This document shows, piece by piece, positions 13,076 to 25,880 of a stretch of 64,000 nt of DNA; the first letter of the stretch is position 1; every line of letters begins with the position of its first letter. Location: positions 59,954,001 to 60,018,000 of the forward strand of contig OX597823.1 of the NCBI GenBank assembly GCA_951406725.2, given 5' to 3'. Source of the stretch: Octopus vulgaris. Taxonomy: Eukaryota. Under the pieces are notes generated by a model. It saw only the letters and a program-made list of their open reading frames with translations. It did no database searches and was not told where the DNA came from. The position numbers and the translations under genes were made by a program.

Positions 13076-15169
13076 TATATATACATGTGTATATATATAT
13101 ATATACACACACACATGTGTGTGTGTGTATGTATGTATGTGTGTGTATGTGTGTTTTATATTTACACTTCTGTTTTGATGTTTCTCATTATGCCCGCATC
13201 TTAGAATTTCAAAAAAAGAAACAAATCAATAAAGTACTGGTGGAGGGGGTTAATATGCTTGTCCAAACCCCTTAAAAGTGTGCCCCAGCATAACCACAGA
13301 CCAATGACTGGAACCGGTAAACAAAATTTTCTGGGTGTAAGATGAAACACTCTCTGAGTCTTCTCGAAACACCAAGTGTTTTATTACACTTGCAGAAGTA
13401 TTTTCAGCTCCGATTGTTGAACCTACACACACACACACACACTCACACACACATACAGGTGTGCACTACAACACACACGCACACACTACAACACATGCAT
13501 GCATACATACATACATATATATATACATACATATACATACATATACATACACACACAAAAACATACACACCTGCATAGGAACACATACCTACACATGCAG
13601 TTCAGTTCAAACACAATGAGATCCTTTTCTACTTATGCGATAAAAAAAAAATATTTAAAGAGTTCAGCAATTCAAAACAGAGGGAATACAATGAATTTTT
13701 TTATGAGTCAGAGAAGGTGCAATGCTCATGACCTTTGCAGTACCCACCCCCAACACCAACACACCAACCTTCTACTCTGGCACCCATACTGGCAAATTCG
13801 CTGCTTTTGATGTTCACTTTGAATAATCTGTAGGTCAACGTTCACAGAAAGCAAAAAACAAATTGGAAGCATTGAGAGGGAGAAAATTCTAGAGGAATGT
13901 TATTCTGGAAAGTAATAATTGGACAAAGTGTTTCGTGTTGGATTTAGTATAGCAAGAGGAGGAGTGATAGGTGGGTTTCGTGTGCTTTGTTGGAGCGAGT
14001 TTTCTAATGCTGAAGCATAGAGTCTTAATTGGGTTTTGTATGTTAGTTGGTAACTAATCAGAATTGAAAACTTTTCTAGTCATACAGATGAAGCCTGGAC
14101 TTTACAGTGCCGATTTAGCATGCAACATGTATAATGTAACAGATGAACTCTGAGAATAGTTATGAACCAAGAAAGTTATTTTCTTGACACTCAAAAACCA
14201 ACACACACACACGCACACACACACACACACACACACCTCAAACACACACATGGTTTCTACCTCCCCTTCTCTCTCACTCTATCCCTATCTCATCTTTTCT
14301 GTCACATCATTTACAAATATATATATATGAATGTGTGTGCATATGTATATATATCTATATAAAATAATTTTAATGAAGGAATAAAGTGGTTAAATGAATG
14401 TTACTCATATTTTAATGAATATCTGTCAATTATTAATTGATATATTGTTATGCAGTGTTATGTAAAAAAAAAAACCTAAGTTTGTTTGGGGCAATGGTAA
14501 AAGATATTTGCCTCTTGAACAAGAGTCTTTTACCAGTTTTTCTATAATTATATACTCATTTATAAAAATCCACATAAAAGCTAATATTTGTAATACCTTC
14601 TAGAACAAAAAATCTATTGAATAGTAGCATTTTCTTATGAAGTAGAAGCCAAAATGCAAATTCAACACGAATACTACCACTGGATAATGCAAACAATGAA
14701 AGATCCACTTCAAGTATAAATGCCTACACAAAGTAATCATCTACTTTACTAATGTATAAATAGACTTCAGTATGACTTCCTAGTATTTTAAGCTAGAGTT
14801 AAATGAACACCTACACTCTTTCTGTAATATGAACAAAAGATTGCTTTGAATATTATAAACAAAGTAAATTCTACAAACCAGTATTCAAATTCTGCTCAAT
14901 CTGTGAATTCAAGTAAAAGGATAACACATTTTAATACTCATAATACCATTAATCTTGAAACTGGACTAATTTCCTTTTAACCACTAACATCGATCACTTA
15001 AACCTTTACTAATAAAATTATACCATCTAATCTCGTGATCAGCACTTGATCTAAGTATAGATAAGAACAACAAGAATTACTTCTCATGAATTGATTCAAA
15101 GTGGCACTCAACTATTAAACATACACATTACCAGGCTATCACCATCAATGTATGATTACATGCATGTAT

Positions 15170-16215
15170 ATCATTATTCAGTTTATTAAAAGATTTCTTT
15201 CTAAGAGAGAAAGGACTGGTTTCTAACCTAGATCCAAAGTTCCTTCATTGGAATTTTAACATCAACAATAGGGTATTTTTGTTTGTATATATGTATGTAT
15301 GCACGTATGCACATATGTATGTATATATGTACATACATTTGTATGTATGTATGTATGTATGTATGTATGTATGTATGTGCAGATTTGTATGTTTTATGTA
15401 TGTATTCTCATGCATATAGTTGCATATCTAGACATGCTTATATATATTTAAATGATAAACTTCTGGAAAGTTTTACAGATTTTTACAGTTCCACTTATGG
15501 ATTGGATCCATAGTCTTGCAATCAGCTTTCTCCTTTCTGATTTTCAGAAGCCTTATTTCTCAAGATTGGTATTTAGGTAGTGTGTTATATATCCCAGGAC
15601 CCCAATAATTACAGGTAAAAACCTGAATTTTTAATCTGGATTGAGTAACTTCAGATTTCTCAATAGTTCAGCATAGGTGTTCTCTTTTCAATGATCTTCA
15701 GCTTTATGTTAATATCCACTGGGCAGCTAATTTCCACAACTGTGCAGAGTTTCTCTTCTCTATCCCAAATCATTATATCAGGTCTGTTGTGCTTGCATTT
15801 TATTGAGGTCGTCACTGGGATGTTCCAGCAATATTCCTTTTTATTATGAGTGGCTATGGCATCTACCATATTGTGGGTTCTTATTTCTTTGCCCTCAAGA
15901 TTATCCTTCTGACAGATTTCATTATAGAATGTTCCATCAGTAGACAATATTGTGATGACATTTTTGGACAACTGCTTATGATGACAACATTTTTGGACAA
16001 CTGCTTATGATGACAACATTTTTGGACAACTGCTTATCACGTTGAAGATATCAACGTGAACTCTACAAAGTCTACATTGGTTGTCACATTTTACTGCTTT
16101 TCCAGCATCTCTATCCCTTTTGTGCATCAGGTACTTGGTTGATATTTCCTGTTCCTGGATTGCAAACACATACCCTTCATAGTAGGAGGTAGTAATCTGG
16201 CTATTGGTCTATAAT
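15170..16215 (-). mobile_element. R4/Dong-type non-LTR retrotransposon 3' part (CCHC + restriction-like endonuclease)
   Basis: ORF 15660-15971 WNIPVTTSIKCKHNRPDIMIWDREEKLCTVVEISCP is a PD-(D/E)xK RLE; CRLCRVH zinc-knuckle remnant near 16075. Confidence 0.8.
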
Positions 16216-17599
16216 AGGAATATCTCTGTTTTGGTTTGTCACCATTGAAATGATTTGGTTGTGTTGAGCCGATGTCAATGAATGAAAGAACATGAATTCC
16301 ATTTGAAATTTTGAATACAAAATTATTTTTTTATCATTAAACAAAACAATGTTTTGTCAATACAACCAAGGATGGAAAATTGTTTATACCAAGTAAATAA
16401 AGATATTTGCATTTTGAGAATGACAATAGTTGTAAGATGTCTGTCTAGCAGATTGACCAACCTTTGGCATAAACCACCACCAGCAGCTAGCAGAAAGGGA
16501 ATTCAATCTGCAGTTAATGATTTTCAAATGAAAAGGCACCAAAACATGAAATCTTTAATAGCATCATTGAGTGTTTTGCAGCTGTCATCAATAATTGAAC
16601 AAATTTGTGTTGATATAGTGATTTCTACCTGAGATTTGATTGGACAATCATGTGCTAACAGCATCAATCTCTAACAAAATTCTGGCCATAGCAATCCACT
16701 TTCAATTTCTATGTGTTTTGGGATTGCCAAATATTCTTACTAGGGCAACACAAGACTGACTGGCTAAGAAGTCTCCACTCAAAATTACAATTGATTCAAT
16801 GACAGTCAGCTGTTATTTAATTAGCTGACTTTACTTAACCTTTAATAATAGTGGGTCTGTAAATACTATGTTGATGGAGGTTAAGTAAGGTATACAGTCA
16901 GTGATGAAATTCTAGTTCATGGGTTGCAATTGGCCCAAATGTACTTTGTTTTTTTATACAAGAATATATTGTCGAGACATATAAGTTGACTTTATCCATC
17001 AATAAATACATTATAGTACATTATAGATATATAGATATATTCTATTATTGAACATGTGCACATGTGAGTGCATGTGTTTGTGTGTGTGTGTGCGTGTGTG
17101 TGTGTGTGTGTGTGCACATGTGCCTGGACATGTGAGTAAGACAACCATTTATTAACAATGTTTTTCATGGTATAGCAAACAGAATGTGTCTGAGATAAAG
17201 ATATTTTTACTTATACATATTGTAAGTCACTTCAAACTATTTGCATGCATCAGTTCTTCCATATACAACGCTAATTAATTATCAGTTCAGTTGAATCTAT
17301 AGAGATATTAATTCTCACATATTTGTGCAAAGTCTGTTCTTAACATACTAATTACATTAATGTTGCTGCATTGATTTTGTCTAATTGAAAAATCCTTATG
17401 TATATCTTTAGTATAAGATGATCCACCAGTAATTGAAGCTTGTCTTGAAGGTTCAAGATTTTGAGAATTCAATGCAGAGATTATTTTTCTAAAAAATGAA
17501 AGACAAATAAATTTTCTGAAATACAAGTTGACATAGAATACAGTGTAAACATGTAGTGTAAACATTCAAACATCGTCACAGACTTTCCAAATTCTGCTG

Positions 17600-17718
17600 C
17601 ATGTCACAAAAAATTTTTGGTCCTCCAAAGTCATCTTGGTGCATAAGTTGACCTATCTGTTTTTTGGCTGTAAATTTGGGTCTGAAAATTCGACTTGGAC
17701 ATCATAGAATATGATAAA
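17600..17718 (+). mobile_element. Possible right end of a pogo/Tc2-like DNA element
   Basis: ataagttgac...aaaattcgactt...aatatgata resembles TATAAGTCGAC-bearing TIR ends; degenerate. Confidence 0.3.
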
Positions 17719-18002
17719 GTGCACTTGTGAAAATCCAACACATTACAGAATTTTTAAAGTATTGATCAAAATACGTTGCAGAATTTGTTCTGGTTCTTTG
17801 CATTCTGTGTTTAGTTCCTTCTAGGAACAACTCTGCATTTCATCCCTCCATGTTGATAAATTTAAAATATCCTCAAAATACTGGGTAGCAGGGAGGTACA
17901 GTGTCAGTTAACCACTCCACTCAAAATTATTTGCCTTGTGTCGAGATTAGAAACAAAAGCTACTATAGACTATCATTGGATTATAAACAACAAAGAGATA
18001 TA

Positions 18003-18645
18003 AGTGTTTGGAATTTGCATCACCAGTCTGGAACCCCTATCCTACTCAGGATACTGACCTCCATGAAACTGTTCAGAGGCGTGCAACCAAACGAATACCT
18101 TCCATCAGGCATCCACCATACTCTGAACAACTTGTTTCCCTTGTCATAGATACATTAAAGCTCCAACATCTGGCAACTGACTTAGTAAACATTCATAAAA
18201 CTATTAACCATCACACCAACAACCACCTTGAACATCTTTTTGAGCTCCATGTGTCTAATACGCGTGGGCATGTCTACAAAGTCATAAAACAGCACAGCTC
18301 CTATGACTTTCAGAAGCATTTTTTCACACTTAGAGTTGCTGAATCATGGAAGAAACGACTTGCATCAGTTGTTAGTTGCCAAGACATTGCATCCTTTAAA
18401 ACCTCCATGCTTCCTGAAATTTGCCCACACTACACCTGATATCCCACCCCTCCACACACATGCACACATGTATATCATGACTCTTACACTGTTCACTTTC
18501 CTGACTTTTGTATGTAATTCTATGTACTGTACATGCACTTTTGATGAGTTGTAGTGCACCTGAGCACTATACACAATAATTTCATTATTATCATTATCGT
18601 TATTATTATTATTATTGTTGTTGTTGTTGTTGTTATTATTATTAT
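18003..18645 (+). mobile_element. CR1-clade LINE 3' end with (TTA)n/(TTG)n tail
   Basis: ORF 18008-18439 EFASPVWNPY..ETVQRRATKRIP..TRGH..FFTLRVAESW is a typical CR1 ORF2 C-terminus. Confidence 0.88.
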
Positions 18646-19225
18646 TGGCATATTGATCCTCTCCAGATGCAACAAGATTTGTTTCAACTCATGAAGTCAC
18701 ATCAAGAATCTTGTAATCCAAATACGAAAATGAAGAGTGAAAAAGAATCGTTTTCCTGTCTTAAAGTGATCTAAGGAGCAGAAGTAATAGACAGGTAAGT
18801 GAGAAGATGAAGAAACAATGAAAGGAAATATGAAGATTCAATTGAAACAGGAGCTGACATGGTCAGTACTGGGACTAGATTGGGGGGAAATATAAGATAA
18901 TTATAAAAGAAATGGCTAGGGACCTAATTATTATGAGATGTAAAGTAATTATATTGAAGATGGACTCAGGTAAAAACATTAATTAGAATTCAGTTAACTT
19001 TGATGGAAAGCAGTGTTTCTGTTTAAGAACTAAGAGAAATAGAAAGAATTTGAGAAGTCGTATCTGAGCAAGTTAGGCCTCATAAACTGAATGAAAATTA
19101 ACTGCAACAAATGATGTACTGCATGGTAAACTTAATTTCCTCTAATATAGATGTTCAAATGTAAATAATAATGAGACCAAAGATAAAGATACGTATCTTT
19201 GAACATGTTATATATATATTAACTA

Positions 19226-19440
19226 AGGCGGCAAGCTGGCAGAATTGTTAGCGTGTTGGACGAAATGCTTGGTGGTATTTCCCCCGTCGCTATGCTCTGA
19301 GTTCAAATTCTGCCATGGTTGATTTTGCCTTTCATCCTTCCAGAGTCGATAAATTAAGTATCAGTGAAACACTGGGTTCGATATAATCGACTAGTCCTCA
19401 CCCCATGAATTTGAGGCCTGTGCCTCCAGTAGAAAGGTTA
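19226..19440 (+). mobile_element. Meta-like SINE
   Basis: ggcggcaagctggcagaattgttagc head plus Meta-like domain. Confidence 0.8.
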
Positions 19441-19577
19441 TATATATATATTAACTTTCTTATTTAGCTTACTGTTCCATTAAGGTAAGATCAACAGAAA
19501 AAGTACTCCATCCATTGAGAGATAAATTCCATTTAATGTATACAGTATAAAAATGCAAGCTACTTATAGTTTCTAGC

Positions 19578-19961
19578 TGTGAAGACACGTATCTAAGCAG
19601 ATTTTTACAACATGTTTTATGTCTCAAAGCAATCTACAGGCTCTGAGCACATGGTCTGTGTTGTGGTGAGAGTCATGACACTCCCTGCGAGAATAAACGT
19701 GTCTGAATGACTATAAATAATAGAGAGACAGACAGAGTAGGCATTAATTGCAGGAAGTCGTAAGGTATCGTTTTGGTAGTTTGTTGGAATATCGTTTGTT
19801 GGTTCGTGTGTAGTTCGTGGAGAGTTTGTTGGATTGTTACATCGTGGTTATCCTGCGTCATTATATATTTTATTGTTACTACACGGTTATAGAGTAAACA
19901 AGTATCGTCATAAATAGTGGTGATACTACAATTATTGGCAACGAGTAACTACATAACAACA
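19578..19961 (+). repeat. 5' LTR of the gypsy element
   Basis: TG...CA ends, AATAAA ~19692, TATAAA ~19712, followed directly by PBS tggtgacgagg (19963-19973; resembles the complement of the tRNA-Ser(GCU) 3' end). Confidence 0.6.
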
Positions 19962-22480
19962 TTGGTGACGAGGGTTCGAAGCTCACACAGGTCAGTTAAC
20001 AATTTTTTGTGATACAAAATTGTTAATGCTGGAAGACCTATTAGCTTCTATAATACAGTTTGCAAAAGCAATAACAATAACAGCAACAGAAGTTGCAGAA
20101 ACAACAACTTCAGCAACAAAGTTAATGGAGCTATGTCTTAAGAAGTCCGGAAACACTATGAGTTCGTTTTCGCCAGGCAGCATATCAAACTCTATAACAG
20201 AATTCAGTTTTGACCCAGAGGAGGGTATAACATTTGTAGCATACTTTAGACGAGATGAAGAAATCTTCAAGGAATATTGCAAGTCGTGAATAGACAACAG
20301 AAAAGTAAGACTATTATTACATAAATTAGCGCTGAGTATGAGAAATACTGTAATTTCATACTATCCCAAAAAACTAGTAAAATTTGTTTCCAGGAAAAGG
20401 TCAAACTACTATCAAAACTATTCGGTGATAAGTAGACGAGGAATGTTCGAAGCTTCTAACAGTGAATACTCACAGGAGACTATACAAATATAATAGATTG
20501 CCATTTGGTCAGAAGGTCGCACCTGCAATATTTCAACAGGTCATTGATGCGATTTTGGCAGACTGTCCATTTGCAATTCTGTACCTCGATGAAGTATTAA
20601 TTAAAAGTGAATCTCGTGATCACCTTATCGAACATGTGAAATGTGTTTTTCAAAAAATAAGAGACTACGGTTTCACATTCAGTGAGGAGAAATGTGAATT
20701 CATTTTGCCTAAAATTAAATGCTTAGGATAAATTATAGATAAAAATGGAAGACGACCTGACCCGTCGAGGGCAGACGCAATTAAAAATATGCCTCCTCCA
20801 ACTAATATAGCAATATTACAAGTTTTTCTTGGCTTGGCGAACTATTATCAAAATTACATACCAAACATGTATGAACTGAGAGCTCCACTTAATAATTTGC
20901 TAAAGAAAGACTCCAAATGGAATCGGTCAAATAACTGTCAAAAGGCGTTTCAGGATATTAAAAAAGAACATTAATTTCGGATTTGTCGCTGGCTCATTTC
21001 GATCTTGCAGCAACGATTGTGGCACTTTCTGGCGCTTCTGAATAAGGCATAGGAGCAGTATTGCTACACAAATATAAAGACGGTAATATGAAGGCGGTGG
21101 TTCATGTTCCACGTTCTCTGATTGCAGAAAAAACTACAGCCAGATACAGCAAGAAGCTCTTGTGATTATTTTTGCCGCAAAGAAATTTCATGGATTGCTC
21201 CACGGTAGAAGTTTTCAGCTTCAGACGGACCACCGACCGTTACTACCAATTTTCGGATCGAGGAAAGGAATTTCTACCCATACAGCTTACAGATTACAAC
21301 ACTGGAGTACAATATTGTTAAATTACAACTTTATGAGGGAGTACATTCCTTCTAAGAAAATTGGCCATGCGGATTGTTTATATCGGCTTATACCGAAGAA
21401 TGCGGAACCACTGGAAGATACGGTAATAGCCACATTACAATCAGAAAAGGAAATTAAAAACGTTGTCATTCAGGAGTTGCTAGTGACTGTACAAACTATA
21501 AAAAGTAAATCAACAGAGGACAAATGCATCATGAAAATGAAGGAAACTTGAAATATAAACAAAAGATAAACACGAATGCGAACCATTTTTCACTCTGCGA
21601 CGATGTATTAATGTAATCACAAAGAGTAGTAGTACCAACTGCACTACAGAAACGAATATTACATGAATTTCATAGTGGACACCCGGGGATATGAAGAATG
21701 AAAGCTTTGATGTGGAGTTATGTGCATTGGCCAACAATGTGCTGGAACATTGAAAATTTGGTAAAATCATGTAGAGGTTGTGCGTTAGCAGCCAAAGCAC
21801 CACCTGTGAAATACCAATCGTGGTCTGAGGCGGATGGTCCATAGTCCAGGGTACATATAGACTACGCTGGACAAGTGAATGGCGCGTATTACTTGATCAT
21901 TGTTGATATCATTACCAAGTGGCTGGAAGTAGGTAGGTGCAGTCAACCTACCTCGAAGGCAACAATAAAATTCCTGCACAAACTTTTTACTTGATACGGT
22001 GTTCCGGACACCATAGTATTGAACAATGGAGCAATGTAAAGATACGAGTTCAAGAAATTCTGCAAAATTCATGCAATTAAGCACGTATTTACCACACCCA
22101 ACCACCTGAGGTCAAATGGACAGGTAGAACGATTCTTAGATACCTTCAAGCGAGCACTAAGAAAAGCAAGGAACGGGCTAAGAAATGACAAAGCGCTAAC
22201 TAAATTCTTGAGGGTGTATGGAATTATGCTGAATCCGAATACCAGTTCAGACAAGTCGCCTGCAGAGCTAATGTTCGCTCGAAAGATTAAATCGATCTTC
22301 GACAAATTGTTGCCAAAGGAAAAGCATATAGAGAAAATTTTAAAAATCCAACTAAACATTTTGAAATCGGAGACAAAGAACATTTCAAAGTATACAAGAA
22401 CCGCAAAGAGAGTTGTCAGAATGGTGTAGTGACTAAAAGAATTAGAAACATGATGTATTTAATAAAAGGCCAACGAATAT
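19578..22480 (+). mobile_element. Ty3/gypsy LTR retrotransposon (Mag-like), decayed and internally deleted
   Basis: gag (ISNSITEFSFDPEEGITFVAYFRR), RT (YNRLPFG..YLDEVL), RNase H (QTDHRPLLPIFG..HADCL), integrase (HPG..C..C, IDYAG, SNGQVERF). Stops and frameshifts throughout; no 3' LTR seen. Confidence 0.92.
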
Positions 22481-22986
22481 ACATGAATTACACATTTAAA
22501 ATAAAGCATACCAAAAATCACCAATTTCTGCCACTTCATGTTTCCCTGGCTCATAATAGTCAAAGGAGCTGGATTCTATTAAGTTCAGTACAATTGGTGC
22601 AGTGTGTTTTCCTAAATACTGCTTTGAGACTCATAGTATACTAAGTTGGGTGCAGTTAATTGTATACACAACTGGAAAACTAATCTGTCTGTTCTTCGGA
22701 ATGCATGTATGTATTTGTTCCTCTGATTTCGTTGTATACACGATTTCCATTTTATTTACCCGACCCAGTGCTTTACCATTTAAGTACCTGATTCACTTGA
22801 ATCCTGAACTTATATGTGTGTGTGTGAGAGCAGCATACATATACATACATACATACATACATACATACATACATACATACACATCTATATACATATATGT
22901 ATACACATTCACACATATACATAAATATATGTACACATTCACACATGCGTGTGCCCGTGTGCACCTATGTATGTATATATAAATAC

Positions 22987-23036
<50 letters not shown>

Positions 23037-23117
23037 GTACAAAGATAGGTAGGTACAAAGGTAGGTACGTAGGCAAGTAGATAGGCAGGTAGGTAGGTAT
23101 GTAGGTAGGTAGATAGA

Positions 23118-23435
23118 TATGTTTCTTTATTAGCCACACAGGGCTGCACACAGATAGAACAAATTACAAGGTAGAGCTTTTCTTTTGAAGGTTTAAAAAA
23201 AAAAAAAAGGAAGGGGGAGTTTCAATCAAAAGGGATCGTAAAAGGAGAGAAAGAGGACAAAAAATGGGGGGGGGGGTAAAAAAAAGGGGGAGAGGGAAAA
23301 AAAATTGATCAATAGGGATCGTTATCACAGAAATGTCAATATGAAGTGTAAAGGGGAGGACAGGTGAGGTTTACCCGTGGAAAGAAAAGCCTACGGAAAA
23401 GACCACGGTAACCTCGGTCAATGAAGTTACCGTGG

Positions 23436-23436
<1 letters not shown>
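23118..23436 (-). mobile_element. 5'-truncated LINE 3' UTR inserted in an (AGAT/AGGT)n tract, clade unassigned
   Basis: Minus strand ends gcagccctgtgtggctaataaagaaa; microsatellite on both sides. Confidence 0.5.
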
Positions 23437-23487
<51 letters not shown>

Positions 23488-23604
23488 CAGGCAGACAAAC
23501 AGATAGGTAGGTAGGTAGGTAGGTAGGTAGGTAGATTGATAGATAGGAAAATAATAGCAACAACAAAAATAATGAGCATAAAAAACAATAATAGTAATAA
23601 GCAT

Positions 23605-23905
23605 TAATTATGAAGAGGGACCGAAATTATAAATCTGATGGGATAAAGTTACCAGAAGCTGATATCATTAGATGTTTGAAACCAAATGAGAGATACAAGT
23701 ACCAAGAAGCTGTGCAAGATGATCAGTTAATGGAAAAGAAAATGAAAGAAAAATTCTCCAAAGCGTACAGAAGAATGGTTATGTTAGGCTTGAAACAAAA
23801 TTCAATGAATGTAAAGTCATCAAGGCAATCAATACATCAGCTATGTCAGTATTGGGATACCCTGCTTCTTTTCTAAAGTTTCCTTAGACAGAGAAACTGG
23901 AAATG
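23605..23905 (+). mobile_element. R4/Dong-type RT C-terminal fragment
   Basis: DGIKLPEADIIRCLKPNERYKY..KKMKEKFSKAYRR resembles the region around the YKYLG motif of R4 RT. Confidence 0.6.
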
Positions 23906-23909
23906 GATA

Positions 23910-24676
23910 TTAGGTATATTGGGCTTTGTATATATGTATTTGTACCCCAGTGTCACTTTGATGACATGCACTGCTCTCTCACTCAATATTGATAATAATA
24001 ATAATAATAGTAATAATTCACGAGCAGAAGTAGTGGGGGAGCATCATAGCCATGTGTTGAGAGGGATTCTTTGGGGTTTGAATAATTCACCTCTGGAAAC
24101 ATGCAGTACCAGGCAGTGGTTCTCATGGCTTCTGATCTTAACTGATTGGAAGTGTTATCATGTACATTGTTTTGTCTTGGTATAAAAGATGGGCTACAGC
24201 AAATTTTCTGCTCAATACCACAGATTTGCTTGTCAGTTGTTTGACCTTAACCAGTTGAGCATGTCCTTTAGTGGCTGATGATATGTGCATCTCTGATCAC
24301 GAGCAGAAGCAAGTAGGGGAGCATCATAGCTATGTGTTGAGAGGGATTCTTTGGAGTTTGAATAATTCACCTCTGGAAACATGGGTGGTTCTTTCAACAT
24401 CCTTAAACAACCCTTATTCAGGGATCTTTTGAGCGGGATGGGCTACTCAACCTGAAGAAAATTCTAACTGGGCTCCACCTGCAAAGTCATGTGCTGTTTA
24501 TCTTGATATGAGATCACCATGTCGCGCACATATGGTTGTGATGCATGTGCCTGGTGTACCCTTATCAGACGGGTAGTCATGATGGGTATATTGGGCTTCG
24601 TATATTTTACCCCAGTGTCACCTTGATGGCATGAACTGCTCTCTCACTCAATAATAATAATAATAATAATAATAAT
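23910..24676. repeat. (AAT)n-associated interspersed repeat with internal duplications (possibly an R4/Dong terminal region)
   Basis: 23912-23990 repeats 24586-24655 and 24018-24102 repeats 24298-24383; (AAT)n at junctions. Confidence 0.5.
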
Positions 24677-24764
24677 GTTCTCTCATTATTTTACCGTCCC
24701 TAATCATAGTTCTTATGACCCCTATCAGCATGGTTGCTGTTATCATTGTTATTGTTATCATCAA

Positions 24765-25222
24765 GGTGGCAAGCTAGCAGAATTGACAGCACACCAGGTA
24801 AAATCATCATCATCATCATCAATCATCGTTTAACGTCCGCTTTCCATGCTAGCATGGCTTGGACGATTTGACTGAGGACTGGCGAACCAGATGGCTGCAC
24901 CTGGCTCCAATCTGATCTGGCAGAGTTTCTACTGCTGGAAGCCCTTCCTAACGCCAACCAGTCCGAGCGTGTAGTGGGTGCTTTTACGTGCCACCGGCAC
25001 GAGGGCCCGTCTGGTGGTACTGGCAACAGCCATGCTCAAATGGTGTTTTTTACGTGCCACCTGCACAGGAGCCAGTCCAACGGCACTGGCAACGACCTCG
25101 CTCGAATACAAGTGGTATTTCGTCTGCCGCAGCGCTCTGAGTTTCATTTCCCCCAAGTTTAACTTTACCTTTCATCCTTTCAGAGTTGATAAATTAAGTA
25201 TCAATGAAACACTGGGGTTGAT
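24765..25222. mobile_element. Meta-like SINE (+) interrupted by an RTE-related short element (-, about 24803-25108)
   Basis: SINE head 24765-24803 resumes at ~25111. The insert reads on minus gttggcgttaggaagggc...ggaaagcggacgttaaacgatga(tga)n; other copies at 48655-48935 and ~52000-52250. Confidence 0.75.
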
Positions 25223-25236
25223 GTTCCTCCTCCTCA

Positions 25237-25880
25237 CATCATCATCATCGTTGTCATCATAATCATTGTCATCATCATCATCATTATCATCGTTGTTGTC
25301 ATCGTCATTATCATCGTTGTCATCATCATCATTATCATCGTTGTCATCATCATCATTATCATCGTTGTCGTCATCATTATCATCGTCATCACCATCATTA
25401 TCATCGTTGTTGTCATCATCATTATCATCGTTGTTGTCATCATCATTATCATCGTTGTTGTCATCATCATTATCATCGTTGTCGTCATCATCATTATCAT
25501 CGTTGTCATCATCATCATTATCATCGTTGTCATCATCATCATATCATCGTTGTTGTCATCTTCATTATCATCGTTGTCATCATCATCATTATCATCGTTG
25601 TCATCATCTTCATTATCATCGTTGTCATCATCATCATTATCATCGTTGTCGTCATCATTATCATCGTCATCACCATAATTATCATCGTTATTGTCATCAT
25701 TATCATTGTTGTTGTCATCATCATTATCATCGTTGTTGTCATCATCATTCTCATCATTGCCATCATCATCATTATCATCATTGTTGTCATCATCATTATC
25801 TTCATTGTTGTCATCATCATTATCATCGTTGTCATCATCATCATTATCATCGTTGTCATCATCATCATCATCATCATCAC
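25237..25880. repeat. (ATC)n-derived minisatellite (tcatcatcattatcatcgttg units)
   Basis: Tandem ~21-24-bp units; they generate the poly-D/N, poly-S and poly-H ORFs. Confidence 0.9.

Noticed and set aside
16540-16830. Homeodomain/Meis-like motif cluster as an enhancer
   Set aside because: Short AT-rich words are expected by chance; cannot be supported without conservation data.
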